A stretch of 63,101 nt of DNA, the filler included, from Reclinomonas americana ATCC 50394 (taxonomy: Eukaryota), in the NCBI GenBank assembly GCA_048213135.1. It is 7 parts of 2 records of this genome, joined end to end, with 100 filler letters (N's around TTAATTAATTAA, not from the genome) between each part and the next. Parts side by side here need not be neighbours in the genome. Positions count along the whole stretch, not along the records: positions 1 to 30,757 come from PS015110.1; 6 more parts are not named here. The stretch is one strand, 5' to 3'. The notes beneath the pieces were generated by a model that was not told the origin of the DNA, ran no database searches, and worked only from the letters and a program-made list of their open reading frames with translations. Each line of letters begins with the position of its first letter. Position 1 is the stretch's first letter. The position numbers and the translations under genes were made by a program. Below are positions 10,773-23,900 of the stretch, one piece after another.

Positions 10773-13185
10773 CCCAGGCAACGAAGTCGGGGAACTGAGG
10801 TGGCATGGGAAGAGAGACTAAGCAACGCAGCAGCCAACATCACGAATGTGATTGTGTGCAAGCAAGAAAGGGGCGCAGAGAAGATAAACGCGAAAAATGA
10901 TCTTGCCAAGGTCGAGAGATGGCACACACGCACAGTGAGAGACTCAGAGAGAGTGAGAGAGAGACGCACACTGACACAGTGAGAGAAGTATGACAAGTGC
11001 GATCATGCTCTGTGTCATCGAAGATAAAAGCAGAGGAACATGACAACGCGAGGAGGAAGCACAGTCGTACACACAGAAGATGCGCAAACGAGTGAGAAAG
11101 AGCGCGACAAGGAGCGATCATGCAGAAAAAGGACACGCCATGGTGAGGAGAAATGAAGGCACCGAAAGAGTCAACACGACGAATGACATTTTGTGAGAGC
11201 AAGCACGAAAGACTGTCGCCCATGCTTCACACAGGTAGGCGATGGTAAAATGACGAGGAGAAAGAGAGTGAAGGAGTTGGCACACTCAGCAGCAAGCATA
11301 CCGCTGTTTTCAAGCAGCAGAAAACAATGCCTTGTAAAATGACAACACAGGTAAGAAACCTCACTCGTCTCTCTCTCTCTTTCTCTCTNNNNNNNNNNNN
11401 NNNNNNNNNNNNNNNNNNNNNNNNNNNNNNNNNNNNNNNNNNNNNNNNNNNNNNNNNNNNNNNNNNNNNNNNNNNNNNNATTGACGGCGTCTTGATGCCG
11501 ACCCACAGCCAGCGCAATCGAGTACACATTGAATGCCTGCGGTACGATGAGCGACCCATCTTCGGCGTCGCCGCGCGGTAGGAACAAACACACAAACCTC
11601 GAGGAAGAGCGTTCCCGGCGGTCCCATGGCGAGCGCCACATCGCGACACTCGCGCGCAATCGCCGCACCCAGATTCACCTTGAAGTCGTACGCCAGCATC
11701 ATGCCGAGCTTGGTGCGCGCTTTGATCACCAGCGGGTGATTCGGCCCGAAGGCTTCGGTGCGATCGCGCACCACCTCCTCCAGCAGCCGCACGGCACACT
11801 CAAAGCGGCGCGCAGCGTGCATGCTGTGCGCCACGCCATACTCGGCGTCGCACACAGCCATGTGGTCCGGCGGATCCAACTGGCACGACAGCTCGTACGT
11901 CTCCTGCGCCGCGGCCTCGGTTTTCGAGCAGTTGGAGTCGAAGGCAAATTGCGCCTCCGCCAGCTGCTGGCGTGCGGCAAGGGTGGCGGGGTGGAGGAGG
12001 CCGTAAGTGGCCTCGCGTACTTTTACATTCTCCGTCATGAGGCGGAACGATTCCGCAAAGTTCGAGTCCTCGATCAGGGCTCTGAGACACGGCGGGATGA
12101 GGGGAAGGAGGGAAAGGGTAAGAGAGAGAGAGAGAGGTGGGAGCGATGGCGCAACTGCGCTTGATACTGTTGGGTGGCAAGGGTGAAAAGGTGGTCTGGT
12201 TGCAGCAGTTCGGAGAGTCGCGCGTGTACTTCGCCGAGGATAGAGGCGGATTTGCCGAAGCGGCCGGCGGAGCAGAGCACTGGGGGAAAGGACAAGGGTG
12301 AGAGAGGGGATGAGAGGGGAAGAGAGGGGAAGAGAGGGGAAGAGAGGGGAAGGGAGAGAAAGGGAGGGAAAGGGAGAGAAAGGAGAGGGAAGGAGAGGGA
12401 AGGAGGGGGAAGGAGGGGGGAAGGAGGGGGGAAGGAGGGAGGGAGAGGGGAGAAAGGGGAAGAGCGGGGAAGAGAGGAGGAAGTGGAAGAGAAGAAGGGA
12501 CAAGGCGGGGGAAGGGNNNNNNNNNNNNNNNNNNNNNNNNNNNNNNNNNNNNNNNNNNNNNNNNNNNNNNNNNNNNNNNNNNNNNNNNNNNNNNNNNNNN
12601 NNNNNNNNNNNNNNNNNNNNNNNNNNNNNNNNNNNNNNNNNNNNNNNNNNNNNNNNNNNNNNNNNNNNNNNNNNNNNNNNNNNNNNNNNNNNNNNNNNNN
12701 NNNNNNNNNNNNNNNNNNNNNNNNNNNNNNNNNNNNNNNNNNNNNNNNNNNNNNNNNNNNNNNNNNNNNNNNNNNNCCTTGTTTCTGCAGCCATCGCTGC
12801 ACATGTGCCAACGGACAATCCCATCCCTTTCCCCTTTCCACGTACCTTCACCTTCCTCCACCCCCATCTCCTGCATGGCCTCCACCACCGCCTCCTCCAC
12901 CTCGCCCCGCACTCCCAACCGCGACCACACCAACAACCCACTCGCCTCTCCCCTTCTCTCCCTCAAATACGGCACCTCCACCACCGCCTCTCGCACTGCT
13001 TCCGTCACCGACAAGTGCGCCCACACTGCCAACGACGACGAATGCCGTTGCGGCCACTGCCACTCAAACGACTCACTGGGACTGGTCGGTGGCGCGGTGG
13101 AGCTCTCGTAAGGAGTGTCAATGGTGGTGGTGGTCGTCGCTGATGGCTGCTTCATGAGGTCTTCCAGTGCGTGGAGGAGCACGGC
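8505..13185 (-). CDS. Multi-exon TPR protein (kinesin-light-chain / nephrocystin-3-like TPR_10/TPR_12 repeats) with acidic C-terminus; 5' end uncertain, two gaps
   Basis: Repeated motifs LLEEVVRDRTEAFGPNHPLVIKARTKLG, REATYGLLHPATLAARQQLA, ALEILDSTVGKAHDDTL, RTEIVGPDHL, ALPLLNKVFEHRREYYGE. Exons join in frame through GT-AG introns; the last intron (~9885-8894) holds a minisatellite. Confidence 0.75.
9060..9900. repeat. Degenerate intronic minisatellite (core ctctctcactgcaccctcgccttgctca)
   Basis: Core or variant recurs at ~9062, 9172, 9359, 9473, 9584, 9663, 9777 and 9844. Confidence 0.85.
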
Positions 13186-13270
13186 TGACAGAGAGAGAGA
13201 GATAAAGAGAGGTTACTTTCCGAACATGATTGTGAGGCAGGAGGTGTGAGTGCTCACAAGCACAAGTACA

Positions 13271-13363
<93 letters not shown>

Positions 13364-13439
13364 ACACGCTGACTGTTTCTGTCTTGCACGTCTGTTCGAC
13401 TTTGTCTTTCTTCCTCTTCTTCTTGCAGACACACTTCCT

Positions 13440-13471
<32 letters not shown>

Positions 13472-14085
13472 ACTCTTCTCTCACTCTTTCACTTGACTGC
13501 CTCTCAGTCATTTCATGCATACGTGTTCGACATGTGTTTTTCGTCGCCTCTTCTTCTTCCCTCACAGCTGCAGACACTCTCTGACACACACACATACACA
13601 CACACACTCTCTCTCACGCACACACACACACACACTCTCTCTCTCTCGCACTCACAATTTCTATGTCTGTCATGCATGTTTCTCTTTTCCTCCTGTTCTT
13701 CTTCCCTCAGAGCTGCAGACACATTCCTCTAACACTCACTCTCTTCTCTCTCTCTCACACACACATCACTCTATAACTCATTTCACTGACTCCACTCTTC
13801 TTTTCTCTCTTCTTCTCTCTCTCATTGTCTGCAGTGGTACGCACTGTCGTCTTGGATGGCGATGCGCTGTGTCATGTTGGCCTCTCTCTCTCACTCTCTC
13901 TCTCTCTCTTCTTTCTCTCTTGTCTTGTGGCGTGGCCTTTGTTGTCCGTCCTGTCGTCCTCTTTTGTTCTTCCGACTTGCGACGCTCTTTCCGTACGTGG
14001 GAAAGAAGAAGAGCTCGTCCTTGTCAGTCAACTGGAGTTGAAGCCATTGCAACGCCGCAGAGAAACAATCCTCTGTACACGTTTA

Positions 14086-17000
14086 CTATGAAGGTCCGGA
14101 AGTGGACGTTCCTGCATCGCCAAGCACCGACGACTCGCACAGGCGTTTCAGTTCTTCGTACACGTATGACGCCGACACGCGTGACGCTTGTGGCCTCTAT
14201 TGCGCGCACTAAATGAGTTCACCTCGATTCGCCAGTCGACAACTTCGTAAACACGCAACCCAGCACTGGCGAATCAGATTGCGAATGTCTTCTGGAACGA
14301 CTGACCGCACGTCTTCATCATCTAGGTCGCCCGGTTGGACTCCGTCATGCATACGACGCATGATATCCAGCAGAGTGACCCCAGAGAACGGCTCACGTCG
14401 AGTGGCAATCAACCAAATCAGCGAACCGAGACCATACACATCCGCTCGTTCATCGTACTGTGGTCGGTATCAACGCCCCAAATAATAATGTACAAAGTCT
14501 GAAGCAGATGGAAGTTACCTCCTGATCCAACATGGTTTCCGGCGCAGCGTACGCCACAGTCCCGTGATTCGACTGCATCTTACCGAGAGTACCGTGAATC
14601 TTGGCCTCCCCAAAGTCGCAAACCTTGGCCACGAGTCGGTCCTCGCTGATGAGAATGTCTGCGAGCGTAGGTTTAGCCGAGGTGGTATCCAAAGGGCGCA
14701 TCCACTGCCGTCATACACCAGTCACGAAGTGTCTGCAGTGGAGAGAGGGACGCAACTCTGCGGCTTGAGGTCACGATGTACCACTCGTCGTGAGTGCATG
14801 TAGACCACCGCCGACGCCACTTGCAAGAGCAAGCTGAACAGCTGCTGAGTCGTCACTTCCGCTTTTCTCACAAGATCGTGCAGTGTTTCGGCATCGCCCT
14901 CGTCATCCTCTTGACCGACATATTCAAGGACAAGACCAAGTCCACTTCGATCATCGTTGCACACGGCCATCAGCTTTACAACATGTGGATGCCTGCGCAG
15001 AAACGAGTGAGCGACGACAGAAAAGCGATGTACAAGTAAAACAAAGGCGCAACTCAAGTTGCACCAGCAGTGACAGCTCGTTCTCGAAACACTCACGAAC
15101 ACGCTGCAGGTCCTCAGAGCTCCTGACCATGTACCGTTTGTACGCAACAATATGCATTACACCGCCAAGATGGAGACCGGCTCGGAACACGACGTTTTGG
15201 CCTGCGAGTATGCACAAAGCAGTGAACATCACTATGTATGCGCACAGATACGTCCAAGTCGCACCATTGCCGATCTGTCTGGATGCGATTTCGAGATCTG
15301 AGAACGGCACCACGGGTGCGCTGATTGCAAATCTGGCTGTCCTCTCTGTCACCAATTCGGCTGTCACATTTATGCGACTAATGTCTGTACCGACGAGTGC
15401 TGAGAATAAAATCTACAACATGGACGGATGCGAGCGTCGCACGTAACTGTCATATGATAGGAACAACAGGCGGATGCTCTCGTGTTGTCCATCGGGGAAC
15501 AGCGCGTGGAGCGAGTCGCGAACAAGCCGCATGACGCTCACATACTCTGCATCTTCGAGTGCAGAGAGACGGGCCAGGTGAGACACGCGATGGCGCACAT
15601 CCCGCAAGTTCTCCACAGCTTGAATCTGCAGAGCAGAAAGTCATGAGTTGACTATCTCACGAATTCGGAAGGTTACCGATTGGAAGGGCATACCATAGCG
15701 GCGTTTGCAACCAGGTGCACCGCCAGTTGGTCTTTGTTCGTGACAGGGTTCAGGCGTGTGCGACTCTGTAGTAGGTCCGCATCGCAGCAAGCGTCGGCAG
15801 GAACAAAGGTGATGTACAACAGTAGTGTGCTTAGCAGCGACACATCCATGTCCGTTGTCACTCCGCTTCTCTTGAATGTGCGAACAGCGTCGTAGTTGGA
15901 CGGGAAAAGCTCAACCGAGCGCATACGTATGCTACCGCGCTTGTCCAGCGTCATGCGACAGTATCTACAGGGCACAATCAGCGATCAAATCTCGGCCCCA
16001 GAGCAGAGACCGCGATCGTGCACCTTGGTGGCGGCGTTGGAAGACAGAGTTCCTCAACATCAAATTCTCCTGGGAAGAATTCGGCGACGAGTTGTTGCAG
16101 CAGCGAGCCAAGAGCCAGTGGGATGATCTCGTGCACGACTTCCGTAAGCATCAAAATAGGACGGCGGTCGCTGTGCTTATCCGACACAGAGTGAGACAGA
16201 TCATCTCATGAGATATGAAATAATAGCGGCAGGCAAGAACCTGAGAAAGTCCATATGAAAGAGAGCACGCATTTGGCCCTGCATCTCGTCTACTTTCAGC
16301 CGCATCTCGTCGCGTTCAGCGGCTATTGCGGCAAGCTGCAAACGGAGACATTCCCATTCCTCGGCGGTGACGCGAGTGGCAAGCGCAGCATTGGCGGATT
16401 CCACCTCGCGTCTGAGATGTTCACAATCAGCGATAAGCGCGTCGGTGGCACGCTGGGAGGCGACCATGTCTGCTGAGGTGGAGGAGACTTTGTACTCAGC
16501 GTCAGCAAGGTCCTCTGCGAGTCGACCTCAATAGGTGACGTGAGACACGGGGAAGGCGCACTCTGAGAGGAGCATGCGCAGGCAGCGACAAACCTGGATC
16601 TTTCATCTGCTGTTGAAAGCTGGCCAGCTGAGCGGTCAAATCGTCCTTCTCGCGCACGGCCACGGAAAGCTGAGCTGACGCTCGATCACACTCAGCTCCC
16701 AGCTGTGTGCTGCTATGCTGAAGCTCCAAGTTCGCTTGTTGCAGTTGGGCCACGATCTCCTCTAAATCTTGTCGCTGTTGATCCCATTCTCGCTGTTGCT
16801 GCTCATGACGCGCCTCGGCGAGTATGCACCGGATTTCGGCATCGGTGCGTTGTTGTGTGTCAACTGCAGAGTCAAGGACAGCCTGGACGACGCCGAAGGC
16901 ACACGGAACACGAGAATGGCATGCAGACACGTGAGGAGCATGAAAGCATGATTAGCAGCGGACAGAGCGAACAGTATGTACTGTTACCTGCAGAGGCGGC

Positions 17001-17794
17001 ACTGCGAGATCAAAGGGAAAACGCACAACGACGATATGCAACGTTGAAGGATTACGTCAAAGCAACGTCACACGCACCTGGTAGTGGCGACGAGAGAGGA
17101 CGTGGTTGCTGCAGGTTACGTGGCGCTGGTGGCTCAGCGAGGCGATCAAGCAATTCAGCCACTTGATGTTTGCCGCAGTCGCGAGCCACCTGAGCCGCTG
17201 TCTTGCCTGCCTTGTTGACCATGCGAATGAGACCGGGATCGTGAGTGGCGATGAGTTGTACAATTGCTTCATGGCCATTCTTGGCAGCAATGTGCAGCGC
17301 TGTGGACTCTGGGTTGCGGGAAGTAGAATTGGAGATCGTCCGCACCATATCCGGTGGACATCGTCCCTCTTCCGCAAGCAGCCACTCCACCACATGTAGA
17401 TGCCCATAGCAAGCGGCCATCATCAGCGGCGTCCAGCCCGAATCATTGACCCTCTTTGCGAGCCGCGGCCCAACGCCACTCTTCGCCCACAGATACTTCA
17501 GCACCGGGAGATGGCCCTTGAACGCGGCATAGTAGAATGCCGAGCTCCCGAATGTCATCTCCTCGCTGTTGAGCAATATTTCTGCCCCTTCGCGCGCCAC
17601 CAGCTTGCGCAGTGCATTCACATCGCCTTCCTCTGCCATTTCACACGCCCTCTTCCGCTGCTGACGACTGCCGAGTGCGCCAACGAGCACAACAGAGGAG
17701 GAGCGAGTTAATGACGAGTTCAATAAATCATCAGTGCACACCATACTGCAACGCACAAGCCGCCACTCAGTTCTGCACCCTGTGCTGCACCCAT
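14086..17794 (-). CDS. Ankyrin repeat - coiled coil - HEPN-like domain - TKL-type protein kinase (multi-exon)
   Basis: N-terminal MGAAQ. Ankyrin: SAFYYAAFKGHLPVLKYL, GWTPLMMAACYGHLHVVEWL, TALHIAAKNGHEAIVQL. Then coiled coil, MDVSLLSTLL...VENLRDVRHRVSH. Kinase: IGNGGQNVV, VAYK, ENE, HPHVVKL, HRDLKPQN, KVCDFG, GTVAYAAPE, DVYGLG, IRQCW. The junction near 16.2 kb was not fully resolved. Confidence 0.8.
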
Positions 17795-17982
17795 GGCGAT
17801 CACAGAAACAAAGACGAATCGACACGCAAAGAGCGCACGCGACGACCGACGGACGAGCTCGAGATGCGGGACATGGTTAGTAGGACTTCAAATCAAAACG
17901 CATTATTCCGCGCACGTCGAATGGGCTTCGTGAAGTAAGACCTAGTAGGAGAGCTCCACCTTTCGCGATTTACTCTTCACCC

Positions 17983-20900
17983 TCACCTCGCCACCACCTT
18001 CAACGCCTTCTTCGACTTCTTCACCTTCTTCTTCTTCTTCCCCTCTCCCTCCTCCTCCTCCTCCACCACCCTCGCCTTCTGCCTCTTCACCTCCCCCTCC
18101 CCCTCCCCATCCTCCCCCTCATCCCCAGAATCCGCCGCCTCCCGCCGCGACCGCTTCTCCCCGACCGCCTCCTTCTTTTGCTTCTTCGACTTTTTCGCCT
18201 TCGCCACCTTCACCTCCTCCTCCTCCATCTCAAACTCCGGCTCCAGCCCACTGTCCTCCTCGTCGGCCCACACCGCCTTTCCCTTTTCCACCATCTCCAC
18301 CTCCACCTCCTCAACCTCCCGCTTCACGCCACTCTTGGNNNNNNNNNNNNNNNNNNNNNNNNNNNNNNNNNNNNNNNNNNNNNNNNNNNNNNNNNNNNNN
18401 NNNNNNNNNNNNNNNNNNNNNNNNNNNNNNNNNNNNNNNNNNNNNNNNNNNNNNNNNNNNNNNNNNNNNNNNNNNNNNNNNNNNNNNNNNNNNNNNNNNN
18501 NNNNNNNNNNNNNNNNNNNNNNNNNNNNNNNNNNNNNNNNNNNNNNNNNNNNNNNNNNNNNNNNNNNNNNNNNNNNNNNNNNNNNNNNNNNNNNNNNNNN
18601 NNNNNNNNNNNNNNNNNNNNNNNNNNNNNNNNNNNNNNNNNNNNNNNNNNNNNNNNNNNNNNNNNNNNNNNNNNNNNNNNNNNNNNNNNNNNNNNNNNNN
18701 NNNNNNNNNNNNNNNNNNNNNNNNNNNNNNNNNNNNNNNNNNNNNNNNNNNNNNNNNNNNNNNNNNNNNNNNNNNNNNNNNNNNNNNNNNNNNNNNNNNN
18801 NNNNNNNNNNNNNNNNNNNNNNNNNNNNNNNNNNNNNNNNNNNNNNNNNNNNNNNNNNNNNNNNNNNNNNNNNNNNNNNNNNNNNNNNNNNNNNNNNNNN
18901 NNNNNNNNNNNNNNNNNNNNNNNNNNNNNNNNNNNNNNNNNNNNNNNNNNNNNNNNNNNNNNNNNNNNNNNNNNNNNNNNNNNNNNNNNNNNNNNNNNNN
19001 NNNNNNNNNNNNNNNACTTGCTCACTCGTCTTTCGTCGCAGACTGGTGTCATACGTGGCCTCGCGTTGCGAGAAATCACGGCACTTGGAGTTGCATCTGT
19101 TGTGGTGCAAGCACATTCTCAGCTCGCACGGACACGCGCTCCGGCGACAGGGTCTGTCGGCGTCGCTGGTGCCGGCCGGTCTCAATCCGCTGGAACTCGA
19201 GGCCGGTGTGTCGCTGTCGGTGCGCGCGTCGTCGTCGGGCGTGTCGAGCACGGCTGTGGCGGTGCTGCGTGCGCTGCACTCGTCGTTGACGCGCTCGCAC
19301 AATGCGTTGCAGCGCATTTGCGACGAGAATGCATACACGCTGCAGTTTTTGTGCACGGCCGTCAAGGCGGCGACCGNNNNNNNNNNNNNNNNNNNNNNNN
19401 NNNNNNNNNNNNNNNNNNNNNNNNNNNNNNNNNNNNNNNNNNNNNNNNNNNNNNNNNNNNNNNNNNNNNNNNNNNNNNNNNNNNNNNNNNNNNNNNNNNN
19501 NNNNNNNNNNNNNNNNNNNNNNNNNNNNNNNNNNNNNNNNNNNNNNNNNNNNNNNNNNNNNNNNNNNNNNNNNNNNNNNNNNNNNNNNNNNNNNNNNNNN
19601 NNNNNNNNNNNNNNNNNNNNNNNNNNNNNNNNNNNNNNNNNNNNNNNNNNNNNNNNNNNNNNNNNNNNNNNNNNNNNNNNNNNNNNNNNNNNNNNNNCGA
19701 CAAATATACACAAGCTCCTTTCCCCTTTCTCTCCTCACCTGTGCACAAACGGCGGCGGCACCGACTTGACCACCAGTGGCAACTCGTACTCCGGCGTGGC
19801 ATAGTACGCCGCATCAATGTACTCCTCCTCGTTCAGTCGCAACGCCGTCACCAGCGCCTCCGCATACTGCTGATGCTTGATGCAGCGACGCACGGCCGCC
19901 GGCGTCACCTCCAGCGCCAGCGCCGTCGGGTGGAAGGCCGTGGTCACATCGCGCGAAAAGATGCACACACCCTCCGGAGTCGCCACGGCAAATTGGCGGC
20001 CGTTGGGCGAGAAGCGCAGCGCCGACGCACGAATGGAGCGGCGAATGGTGCGCGACGAGAGCGCCGAGCCCTCGCGCACGCCGGGCAGCGTGTCGCGCGA
20101 GAAGCCAAACTTGTCGCGCAGGTCCGAGTACGCCGAGAGGGCGATCGGATCCAGCGCGCCGGCCTCGGTCATGAACTTGGAGTTGAGCTTGTCGGCCACA
20201 CCGTCCAGCGAGCGATTGTGCGAGAGCTGGAACTTGCGCAGCAGCGTGCGGTGCTGTGCCGAGTACAGGCATACCCATTTCGACTCGCCGGCGGCCAGCA
20301 CGCACGTGCCGTCGCCCGAGTAGCACACCGAGGTGAAGTACTTGCCGATGCTGGTGTTTTCGTGCGAGCGGCGGTCGGTGGTGCGGCGGCCGCCGGCCAC
20401 GTCGCGCGTGCCTTCGATGGAGCCCATCAGGGTGCTGGGAAAGGGAAAGGGGGGGAGTGAGGAGGGGGGAAGGGAAAGGGGGAAGTGAAAGAAGCGAGAG
20501 TAAGAAATATGGAGAGAGCTCAAAGGAGGAAGGAAAGAAGAGAGAGGAGAGAGCGAAGAAGAGAAAAGAGAGAGAAGCAATGGGAGCACACGGAGGGAGG
20601 ACGGCGAAGGGAGGGAACAAAGCGTGATGGAGATGAGTTTAGAATCAGAGTACTTGCTCATCACGGTCCTCCTGTCGCTTGCAACTCATTCTCTCACACA
20701 TAAAAGGGGGAGAGGACAAGGAGAGAAAGGTTGACTCGTGGTATCATCACACAACATGGTCGATCAGTCACATTCTGCGGATGCACAACCAGGGACAGAA
20801 GAAACAACAGTTGTGAAAATCTGGTTACACCTCTCTCGTCAGTCACACATCTCGAACTCCTCTCTCACACACAAACGCAGAGGGACAGGAGGCGGAAAGG

Positions 20901-23900
20901 AGTCAGTCTCATTCAGTCGAAGGCACGAAAGCAGCGACAGATTTGCATTCTGAGTATCACCAGAAAACAAACACATCTCGTATTCTCTTCAAGCTCTCTC
21001 ATCCCGAGAACCGAAGAGAATGAACGAAAGGAAGAGAACTCAGAGTGCAATTCCACACTCTGTTCTCTCATCCATTCTCTTCTAAGATAGAGAGAACGAA
21101 GAAGAAATAGGGCAGGGCTGAATTCCGATTATCATCAGAGCATCCGCACAGCTTGCCTTCTCACAGATGAACGAGAGAGAGAAAAGGGAAGAGATGACAG
21201 AGTGAAGGCGAGAGAAAAAGACTGAGCTGCATTGGGCGATCGAGAATCCGCCTCCATTCCCTCCTCTCGCTCTCTCTCACAGTCCACTCCCGCACCCCAT
21301 GGCACTCTGCGAACGACAGAAGAAAGAGAAAGCCAGGTTTAAACTCTGCACATCAATCTATCTCGAACATTTTCATCTCTCTTTTCCATCTCCCTATCTC
21401 TATCTCTCTGTTTGTGTGTGTCTCTCTCTCTCACACACACACAAACACTCTCTCATTCTTTTGTTTCTCATACGCCCCCTTCCCATTCTCTTTCCCTCTG
21501 TCCCCACCATCTCTCTCTTCCCTCCCACCCCCTTCCCCTTTTCCCTTTTCCCCTCCCTTGCCCTTGACTCACCCCTCCGACGGATCCCAAAAGTGCAACT
21601 GCCCATCCAGCGTGGCCGAGCACAACTCACGCCCATCCGGCCGGAAAGCCAACGCCAACACCTCCGCATCGTGCTCCAGGATCTCGCAGTGTCGCGTGCT
21701 GACTCCAATGGCTGCACCGGGGCCACTCGCAGTCTTGCCTGCAAGGGAAAAAGGTCAGCAACATCTCCTTTCCCCTTCTCCCATTCTCCTTCACCCACCT
21801 GTGGTGTACAAATCCCACACGCGCACAGAGCGATCCCACGATCCCGACGCCACCATTCCCGACGTGCTCGGACTGAATGCCACGGCCGACACCGGCGCCG
21901 TGTGCCCACCAAAAACCTCTAGCACGCGACCCGTCTGCAACGCCCACACCGTCACCTCGAAGGGATCCAAGGCGCCGGCCACCACCAGTTCGCCACTCGG
22001 ATCCGTGTCGACACACGTCAGCTGTGCCGGCGTGGCCTCTGGGGGCGTCATGGTGCGGAACTTGCGATAGCGCGTGAGATCAAACGCCTGCACCGTGCCA
22101 TCGCGACACGAGGCGAGAAGGGCGCGCGAGGGGGTGAACGACAGCCCCGTGATGCCGCCACTGCCGGCATTGGCGTTGGATTGTGCGCCGCCGACGCCTT
22201 CGCCCACAGAAAATGTCACAAAGCACTGGCCCGAGCGTGTGTCCCACACTGCGTGCACACACAAAGTGAGGAAAGAAAAGGGAAGAGATGGCGGCGCACA
22301 CACACCCCTTTGCCCCAAACCTTTGATCTTGCCATCGTCACCGCCCGTGGCAAATACCGACCCGTCCAGCGAGTAGGCGAGGCAAGAGACGTCGAGGGTG
22401 TGCCCCTGCTGCTTGAGCACGTACGTCTCCGACTGCCACTCCCACACCAGCAGCTGGCCGAGACGCGCACAGCCGAGCGCCATCCACTCGCCCGACGGAT
22501 TCACGTCCACCGACGACACGCGCGTCTCACTCACGCGCAGCGTGTGCACCGGTTCCAGCGTCGGCAGCTCGTACAGACCAAACACGCCGCTGCTGAAGCC
22601 GACCACCAGCATGTTGCAGGAGAGCTGGAAGCGGGCAGAGGTGACGCGAGCGGGGGATTGGTTGAAGAAGTGTTTTTCGATGCGCTCCCAGGGTTTCTGG
22701 CGCTCTGCGGGAAGAGGGAAATGAGGGGAAGGGGGCGGGAAGGGAATAATGAGGGAAAGGGGCGGGGAAGGATTGTCTTCAATCGCACCTTCTCAAACCT
22801 ACTTTGCACCGTTTCCTCCACTCTCTCTCTCTCTCGCGCGCGCGCTTTCTCTCTCTCTCTTATTGTTTCGCTCCCTGTCTCACATTCTCTCTCACACACG
22901 TCATGCATTTTCTGACATCTTGGTCACTCTCCCTCACTCTGATATACGCAAGCATACTTCGTTCGCATTCCCTCTCACTCCTCTCCCCTCCCCTTCTTCT
23001 CCCACCGCTCACCTCCCAACTCAGTCCTCCGCTTCCAGTGAAATAGCGCGCCATCCGCCGACACGGAATACATCTCCTGATAGCCATTGGCGAAGGCACA
23101 GCCCACCACACTCTCGCGATGTCCGGCCAGCGTCACTGTGCGATGCGGCACCGTACCGCGCGACTTGTCTGCCTCCGCGTCGTCCGTCTCCTCGTCCTCC
23201 ACCTCCACCTCCACTACTTTGCCTTCGTGTTGCACGCGCAGTGGTATGATGCGCACGCAATTGTCGCCGCTGCCGGCGGCCAGGGTGGAGGAGTCCTGCG
23301 TGAGGGTGGAGAGCGGGAAGAGTGAGGAGAGGAAAAGAGAGGTGAAAAGGGGAAGGGAGAACAGAGAGGAAAGGAAGTGAGGAAGGGAAGGGAGAACGGC
23401 GAGGAAAGAAAGGGAGACGAGCGAAAGGAAGGGAGAAGTGAGAATGGGAAGGGAGAACAGTGAGGAAAGGAAGGGAGAAAGGTGAGGACAGGGACGGAAA
23501 GAGTGAGAAAAGAATGCAGATGAGTGAAGGAAGGGAGAATGGCGAGGAAAGAAAGGGAGACGAGTGAAAGGAAGGGAGAAGTGAGAATGGGAAGAAAGAA
23601 CAGTGAGGGAAGGAAGGGTTGAGAAAAAAGGAAGAAAAGGAGGGAAAGGAAAGAGAACGGCGAGAACAGGAACCAAGAACAGTGACAAAAGAATGGAAAG
23701 GAAAGAGAACAGTGAGGACAGGAATGAAGAACAGCAAGGAATAGAATGGAGAAGAGTGAGAAACGAATGGAGACGAGTGAGGAATGGAACGGAGACAGTG
23801 AGGAAGGAAGAGAGGATAGGGACGAAGGGAAGAGAGAACAGTGAAAAAACAGGAGGGTAGAAAAGTGAGGAAAAGAAGGGAGAACCATGAGGAAAGAGAA

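Noticed and set aside
8505-13185. TPR gene as the light chain of the neighbouring kinesins
   Set aside because: No KLC heptad region seen, and this TPR type is widespread; proximity alone is not evidence.
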